Positions 55,491 to 64,000 of a stretch of DNA of 64,000 bases are shown piece after piece. The position numbers and the translations under genes are program-made. Within the stretch, counting starts at the first letter, position 1, and each line of letters starts with the position of its first letter. The notes below the pieces were generated by a model that did no database searches, was not told the DNA's origin, and saw only the letters and a list, made by a program, of their open reading frames with translations. Origin of the DNA: the human T2T-CHM13v2.0 reference genome, Homo sapiens; NCBI RefSeq assembly GCF_009914755.1, contig NC_060946.1. The stretch is one strand, 5' to 3'.

Positions 55491-56094
55491 TGCTTTGCAC
55501 CATTCCTTGAAAAGCCTTTCATGAGCGGCTCCTGGCTTCTTTTTTCCTGTGACTACAATTATATATTTACGAGGTAATCAGCAATCGAAAAGTTCCCCGT
55601 AATAGTAACTGGAGCTTAACATACAAATAAACTGAACACCATTAAGGACGTTTTGTGGCCACCGGGGTGGATCAAGTGAGCTAATCGCCCAACTCACAGC
55701 AATTAAGTCAATTAACCATTTAGACATATGCTGAGCCATTTCCCGGCTCCAGTTTCCCGGGGCATCTGTGAAATTTGTGCGCTTTATTTATGGCCTGAGC
55801 TTCTGGTCGTAGTTAGTAACTGGGATGACTGGGGAAGTGAGAAAAGGTGGCTGGTTAAATTTTTAAAAAGTCAGTGTGATGGCAAAGAACGAGAAGCTGG
55901 ACCTTTTCCCTCTGTGGACGCTTTCTCCTCCTTCCTTTCCTGTGTGCGGAAAGGATGGGAAAGGCAACTATTTCTTGCCTCGATTTTTTAATTTTGTATG
56001 TTTGGGGCTGCTTTTAACACCTGTGCGTGTCATGAAGGGAGATAGAAAAAAAAAGGGGGGGGATGAATTGGGTGGGGGCGAGGGGTAACTCCTT

Positions 56095-56611
<517 letters not shown>

Positions 56612-57039
56612 TGAAGAAAGGGAGGCAGAAAGGGCCCAGAGACTGGGGTCAGACACGATTGTTGCAACCCCAGCTCTTGCTGGCATCACACTGCCACATA
56701 CAACTAACTTCACTTCTCTGGGCCTCAGTGTGTGTGCGCATCTGAGAAATGGGACTGATAATGCCAGGAGGGGTCTTCACAGGAAATAGGTCTGATGCTT
56801 GCAAGGCTCTGGCCTGTGATCCTCTTCATCCCACTGGTTTCTTCTTTGCATTTTTAAGAAGGAATTCAAGGAGCTTGCCCCAGGTCTCCAAATAAGTTAC
56901 ATAAATGGAGCCCAGGCCTCCAATTCTGATTTCAGAGCAGCTTCCACCCTGCCTTGAGGCACTTTACAATCATGTAAAACAAAGCCATTCTTTAGAAGTG
57001 AGGCATGTTCCCAGAGATAATTAGTATGTATAGATTGGA

Positions 57040-57230
57040 TGCTTTTGAAAGTACTGCATAAAGCCTTTCATGGATATTATGTAATTTAAACCTTACAAAG
57101 AAACCCTGAGAGCATAGAAAAGGCTCAGGAAAGGCAGGTAACTTACCCCGGGTAACACAGCCTGGAAGTGGCACAGTCAGGATTCGAACCAGGCTCTGGC
57201 TGAGTCAGACACTCATACCCACTGTGCTCT
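57040..57230 (-). mobile_element. MIR
   Basis: 'aggctcaggaaaggcaggtaacttacc...aggattcgaaccagg'. Confidence 0.7.
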
Positions 57231-58084
57231 CCTGCCCATGGCATGTGTGCTGTGATTTTCTCTACATGGTACTCCAGTTTGCAGGAAAATGAAAGCGTCC
57301 CAGTTTCAAGATTAATCACTGGCTTTTGGAGAGAGGCCCTCACCGCCCTCCCTGCTCCCAGCCCCAGCTGTTACCCTCTTCTCCTTTTCTTACTTCCACC
57401 CTGAGGGCTCCCAGAAGGCGGCAGGTCCTTGGCTGAGGATGGAGAACTGCCAGATGGATCAGGCTCCGGAGACAGAGACAGAACCTCAACATCAGAGACA
57501 GTTCCCACACACCGAGTATGTGCAGGGAGCCACGTCGGACCTGCCAACATCCCGGGCCTTCCGACTCAGCCCGGCAACATCCCTGCATGGGATTTTGGAA
57601 AGCATTGAAAACAGACATCCCTGAACCTAAGACGCATTTCTGATCTTCTGTGGCGAGGGTGGCAGGGTTGCCGGAGACTGTTTCTTTCTGGCAATAGTCA
57701 ACACCAGCTGGTGCCAGAAAGAGGAAGGAACGAATCCCCAGCTGAGAGCATTGCTCAGGTTCCAGCAAGGGCTGAGGCACCCGTCGCTGGCTGCTGGTTC
57801 ACTTTGACAGCAGGGTGGGGTGGAGGGGCATTTTTCCCATCCCCTCCTTCTGCATAGTGCTATATAGTTAGTAAAACTTCTTATTGAGATGTAATACAAT
57901 TTATTCAGTATGGTCATAATAATAATTACTTATATACATATATATAAATTTCACATCTGTGCACCTATCTATATATGTCTGCTCCATCTTTATGCAGATT
58001 CTCACAGTTTAGAAATTATAAGTTTAACAGACATGAAAACAAACAGTCATGTGCTGTTATAATAGGGAGAACAAGATACGAGGG

Positions 58085-58215
58085 CTGTGATTATCAAACT
58101 TTGGTGTGTGCAAGAATTATCTGGGAACTTTATTAAAAATGCAGATTGCTGCACCCAACACCAGAGCTTTCAGTGCTGTAAGTCTGGGTCAAGGCTCAGG
58201 AATTTAGATGCTAAA
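58085..58215. mobile_element. MER5-family MITE
   Basis: 'tcaaactttggtgtgtgcaagaattatctgggaactttattaaaaatgcagatt'. Confidence 0.65.
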
Positions 58216-58679
58216 AATTGACACTGAATCGAACACTTTAAATTGGTTAATTGTATGTTATGTAAATTTCACCCCCTTAAAAAAATTGCCAGCAGACCTC
58301 AGACTACGCATTCTCATACACTATACTAAAACAGTTTGAAGAGGGCTTAACACAGATTGGAACATTAGGAAAAGCTACTGATGGAAGGTGCTGTCTGCAT
58401 TTTCATGGAGATTTCCAGATGGGCAAGGCAGGGAAGGGTATTTCAGGCAGAGGGCACAGCATGGGAAAGATTTGGAGAAAGAGACAATATGAGAATGTAG
58501 AGAACATAGGAATTGATGGGGATAGTTGTAGGGTCCAAGACACAGGAGACCTCACCTGCCAGGGCAAGATGTTGAGGATCCCCTGAGGGCCCTGAAAATC
58601 CTTGAAGTATGTAAGGTGAGGTTGTGCTTAGAGACAATCCCAGGCTGACTCATAGGGACTGGCTTGGTCGATCATACAT

Positions 58680-60110
58680 ACAAAGCACAGAAGCTAATTC
58701 CAGTGGTACAAAAAGCCACAAGGACAATAATGCAGAAATCGATAGAGTAAAAAGTAAGTGCGTCCCTAAACCACCCTCCCTTTGAGACCTTTATAGGAAA
58801 CACACTTAAATTAGTTACACAAATTGGACCATGAGATGTAGGCTTTCTAGAAATTCCTTTTCTCTCTTAACAATTTAACATGGACATGTTCTCATAGCAT
58901 TGCACATGTTAAACTGCCTCATTCGTTTTAATGGCTGCATAGTATTCTATATGGGCACACTAGGTTGAAATTGTGAATACACAATCTAGATCATTTTTGA
59001 TCTAGAAAACTAGCCATTTTGGTTTACTTGACCATTCCCATTTTGCTGGATTGTTTTCAATGTTCTTCTATGCTATTGTAATCAATGGTACAATGTTTCT
59101 CTTTGAAAACATATCTCTAACCAAATGTGCAAGTATCACACTGAGGGAGATTTCTGAAACTGGAATTGCCAGGTCAAAGGTGGATATATTAAAAATTTTG
59201 ATGGGTACTGATAAGTGTTCCCTAAAGGGAAAAAAAGTCCCTCATTCCCACTACTAAGAAACTGATAGAAACTGTATTGAAATTGTATCTCTCAACTTTT
59301 ACACAAATATACTTTACGATAAATGACCACAAAAATCTCAAGGCATACAACAAAAATTATTTCTTCTTGTATTACAGAAAGGTTATACTCAGGGTGTTCA
59401 AGAGTGCCTATTTTGTTTGCAGCATCCTCACAAGCAGTGTGTGTTATCATTAAAGAAAAGTTGGCTAATTTGACCATTTTAAGTTGTATCTGTTCAGATT
59501 AGGTGTGTTTCTTTTATTGTTAGTGAAGTTTATTTAGCTTGTGCTATGTGCTTATTGGCCCATTTCTATGCCTTCCTTGATTAATTTCACATTCATGCAC
59601 TTGATTGTTTTTCTCTATTTGCTTTTATTCTTTGTTTTCTTAATCATATCCAAAAGCTCTTAATATATTGTGTTGATTGACCCTTTGCCGGTCAAAATGA
59701 GGCAAATAATTTTTCCCCAGTAATTTTATGTCTCTTATTTGTTTAACCTGTAAATATTTTAGTAGTATGTAGCCTAATAAATCTATCTTTACTTTTATAG
59801 CTTATTATTTTGTTTTTATACTTAGAAATGTCCTCACTGCTTGAGGTCATAAAATGCTAGCCCACATTTTCATCAGGGGTTAGGGGAATCATAGAGTTGA
59901 TGCTTTCCAGTTAACACCAATCAATTGGGAACTGATTTTGGTGAATGGCTGTGAAGTAACAATTTAACTCTATTTTCAATCTCTACTAGTTAAACAATCA
60001 TCCCAGTGCTATTTGTAGAATAATCCTTTCCAAACTGAGTTGAAATGCGACCTTTATTACATGCAGATTTTTACAAATCCTCAGGTCTGTTTCTATATTG
60101 TCTTATTTTG
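58680..60110 (-). mobile_element. Old L1ME-type fragments
   Basis: 'tttaatggctgcatagtattc', 'tggaattgccaggtcaaag', 'cttattggccattt'. Confidence 0.65.
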
Positions 60111-60199
60111 AAACTAATAAGCAAAAGCACCTCTAATCCTTCCACCAGATTACATTTCCTGGATCCCAGCTCTGCTTCTGAGGAGACGTTTCCTCTGTT

Positions 60200-60320
60200 T
60201 TCATCCATCCATCCATCCATCCATCCATCCATCCATCCATCCATCCATCTATCCAGCCATGCATCCATGTATTCATTCCCTCCTTCATTCATTCATTCAT
60301 CCATGCATTCATTTATTTAC
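60200..60320. repeat. (TCCA)n/(CATT)n microsatellite
   Basis: Direct inspection. Confidence 0.9.
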
Positions 60321-61489
60321 TTTCCCATATTCATATTTGTTCTAAAGAGTTATGTGGCTCTCAGAATTAATGATACAAAATTAACTCATGCCAGTGAGCT
60401 TTCTGCAACAGACACTGGGCTATGAAAGTCACTCGATGAAGAAACTAATGCTCAGAGAGACTAATGAACTTGCCGAAAGTCCCCTAGGTAGTAAGTTCCA
60501 AAGCAGAAATTAAAACTCAGATCAGCCTAATTTTAACTTTAACTCTGCTGAGTTCTTTATATACTAATTCCTCATATTTATTGTCCATCTACTATGTGCT
60601 GGAAATTGTGGTAGGCAGTGTGAATCCTCCAGTGGCCCAGATTCTGTCTCTGCCTAGAGAAGCTGGTAGAGGCAGGTCACTGGAAATATTACAGTTCAAT
60701 GTGTCTAAGGCTAAAAGAAGACAGCAAAGTACAAAGCTAAATGAGGGTTTCCCTGGTGAAGCAAAAGCTCCCAGCTTCTGAAAACATGACTTTACTCTCT
60801 TCATGGCAAATTAAAAAGCCCATTTACAGGTGAGACCTGAAAGTCCAGAATCGGGATTTTCTAGTCGTGTCAACCATCCATTTCCACTTGGGCTGTGGTA
60901 ACTGTGCCAGAGATGAAGGACTCTGGGCAGACTTTATAGGAGAGAGTGGAGGCAATAAGAGAAGAAGAAAAAAAAATCAACACCCTTCAAATCGGCCTTC
61001 TGGGCCCCATAGCTTCTGAAAACCTTGCCATCTGTTCACATAAGCATGTTCCAAAGTTTTAAGTACCTCTTTTCATGAACTCCGTTAAAGTTAACCTGGC
61101 CCCATAATATATGGGAGAAATCTGCTATAAATAGAGGTAAATAGAGATTGTAAAGATAAATAACAATAGCAGCATGTGAGGAGTGATAATGTTCTCTATT
61201 TATGGCCCGACTCTAAAAAGGGATGGCCGGCGATACTGCGTCTTTAATGACTTACTTTTGCTTTGGCAGCCGGTACTCCCTGTTAGGGTGCTAAAGATTC
61301 AGTGACACAAAAAGCTTACAGATAATTAAATATTGATTTTTGTTTTCTAATCCTACATAAAAATTGTCCTGGGTCTCCCAGTGGTGGTTTTATCTCACCA
61401 GGATATGGGGAGAGGCGAGGGCGTCTTTTAACCCTCTTTGCGTTCCCGTTGTGTGAGTCTGGCATGTCCCTTAGAAAAAGGGGAGTGTC

Positions 61490-61650
61490 CAAGACCGACT
61501 TCAAGGGGTGAACAACCTGGGCTGTCACCCACGGTCCTACCCTTGGTTTCATGCTCTGCAGGCACCCTCTTGACATTCTTAGCAGTCTTGGCACAAGAGG
61601 TTCTGCATTTTCATTTTGCACCAGGACCCACAGTTATGTACCTGGTCCTG
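61490..61650 (+). mobile_element. MER91A-like (hAT-Tip100)
   Basis: 'cttggtttcatgctctgc...cttgacattctta...gcattttcattttgcac...ttatgtacctggtcctg'. Confidence 0.75.
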
Positions 61651-62274
61651 GGGGCTTGGGGTCAGCCTGAGAAATTAGGGGTGGACAGAGCTGGACCCCC
61701 TGCTGTTCTGCTGCTGCTCAGCATGCTCACCCACTCGCCTGCCCCAAATCTTGCCAGCCGTGCCAGGAACTTCAAGTCTGGGAAGAGGGCCAGAGAGAAA
61801 TTTGTGATGAGAACAGTTCTTCTCCCACCCTCTGCTCCCTTTGCTCTCTCTCTTCCTCTTTCTTAAAAGAAAAAAAAAGAAAAAAAGCACTTTATTGTCA
61901 TTTTGCATCTGGAGTACAGCAAGGGGCATCTGGCAGTGTGGCAGCGTTTTGGGCTGGCTGGCTGGGAGGGTCAGAGAACTTCAGAGAGGAGAGAGGGTTT
62001 TGGAGAGCTGGGCTAAGGTTAGGTCTTTCCTTGGGTTTGCTGTGAGGCCTTGGGCAAACGACGATCTCTTCTGTGCCTTAGTTTTCTCATCTGAAAAATG
62101 GAGCTATTAACAATGGTTCCTCTGCCTGCCCCTGTCTTCCACCAGGACCGCTGGGGAGAGCCTCTAAGTTTACAAATAATGAAGATCTTCAAAATGCTTA
62201 GAATGAAAGTGATGCTGACCTGCTGCTTACGGGATCAGGAATTTTATACAAGTTTCTTATAGATACCATCTCAT

Positions 62275-62490
62275 GTGTACTTACTAAAGGCCTTGCACAT
62301 TCTGACTCATTCAAATCTCACAACAATGTCATGAAGTTGTTGCTATGATTAACATCACCATTTTACAGACAGAAAAATTGAAGCACAGAGAGGTTGAGTA
62401 ATTCGGCTTAGGTTGCACAACCAGGAAATAGCAGAGAGGGATTTGAGTCAAGCACTCTGCCTGCAGAGTCCTGGCTCCTAACCACTGTGC
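62275..62490 (-). mobile_element. MIR
   Basis: 'ccattttacagacagaaaaattgaagcacagagaggttgagtaa'. Confidence 0.8.
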
Positions 62491-62725
62491 AGGATCCTCC
62501 CTTGTTCTTTGGGGTGCATCCTGCAGAAGTGCCAACTAGGGGTGTGCAGGCCAAAGGTGGCCCCAAGTGCTTTTTTTAAAAAAAATTATTTTTAATTGAC
62601 AAATAACCACTGTTTATATGTATAGGGTACAATGTGATACTTTGATATATGTGTACATTCCATTTGAAATTTGAATCAGTTGCCAACATTGAAAACGAAT
62701 CTCATTATTTCTATATAAAACACAA

Positions 62726-63026
62726 GGCCAGGCACAGTGGTTCATGCCTATAATTCCAGCACTTTGGGAGGTGGGGGCGGGTGGATCAGTTGAAGCCAGG
62801 AGTTTGAGACCAGCCTGGGCAACACAGCAAGATCCCATATCTACAAAAAATAAAAATAAAAAATTAGCCAGTCTTGGTGGTGCCTGTAGCCCCAGCTACT
62901 CAGGAGGCTGAGACAGGAAGATCACCTGAGCCAGGGGAGGTTGAGTCTTCTGTGAGCCGTGATTGCATGCACTCCAGCCTGGGTGACAGAGCAAAACCCT
63001 GTCTCAGAAACACAAACAAACAAACA
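62726..63026 (+). mobile_element. AluJ
   Basis: 'ggccaggcacagtgg...gccaggagtttgagaccagcctgggcaac'. Confidence 0.9.
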
Positions 63027-63062
63027 CCCCACAGGTTTCCAGGATCTATCTCTCTCTCGCTC

Positions 63063-63068
<6 letters not shown>

Positions 63069-63093
<25 letters not shown>

Positions 63094-63335
63094 GAGACAG
63101 AGTCTCACTCTGTTGCTCAGGCTGGAGTGCAGTGGCGTGATCTCCGTTCTCGGCTCACTGCAACCACCGCTTCCCAGGTTCAAGCAATTCTTCTGCCTTG
63201 GCATCCGGAGTAGCTGGGATTACAAGTACCTGATACCATGCCTGGCTAATTTTTGTATTTTTAGTAGAGACAGGGTTTCACCATGTTAGCCAGGCTGGTC
63301 ATGAACTCCTGACCTCAGGTGATCCGCCCACCTCC
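63069..63335 (-). mobile_element. AluS, 5'-truncated, T25 tail
   Basis: 'gagacagagtctcactctg...ctgacctcaggtgatccgcccacc'. Confidence 0.92.
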
Positions 63336-63457
63336 AGTATCTCTTAGATGCTCTGGTAATGATAGGCTCCTGTACCCACATGGCAAAGATAAGCTGGAGT
63401 CAAGCCTCCTCCATTTGCCTCAGTCACCACCACTCCCTACTGTCTCTTTGGCTCTAA

Positions 63458-63999
<542 letters not shown>

Positions 64000-64000
64000 G

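Overview
This is primate (human-like) non-coding genomic DNA. I find no protein-coding gene, structural RNA gene or prokaryote-type system. The window is dominated by interspersed repeats: 14 Alu/FRAM elements, dozens of MIR and L2 fragments, several L1 3' ends, MaLR/ERVL solo LTRs (THE1, MLT1, LTR16, LTR33) and DNA-transposon fossils (MER5, MER20, MER44A, MER58A, MER91A, MER102, MER103C, Charlie4a). It also holds many microsatellite and low-complexity tracts. Most long ORFs in the track overlap these repeats; only L1 ORF2 remnants and one hAT transposase remnant are recognisable protein sequence. The most notable non-repeat signals are: (1) a near-consensus REST/RE1 site at 8333-8353; (2) a group of homeobox/MEF2/FOX-rich unique blocks at about 53.8, 55.6 and 61.1 kb that share exact 11-13 bp words, a candidate developmental enhancer cluster; (3) several small CpG-retaining blocks; (4) well-preserved insertion histories, namely a four-level nested transposon and two Alus inserted sequentially at one target site. 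The picture fits a gene desert or large intron near a developmental or neuronal gene, but I cannot name the locus. Repeat subfamily calls come from recalled consensus sequences, not from a RepeatMasker run, and old-repeat boundaries are approximate.
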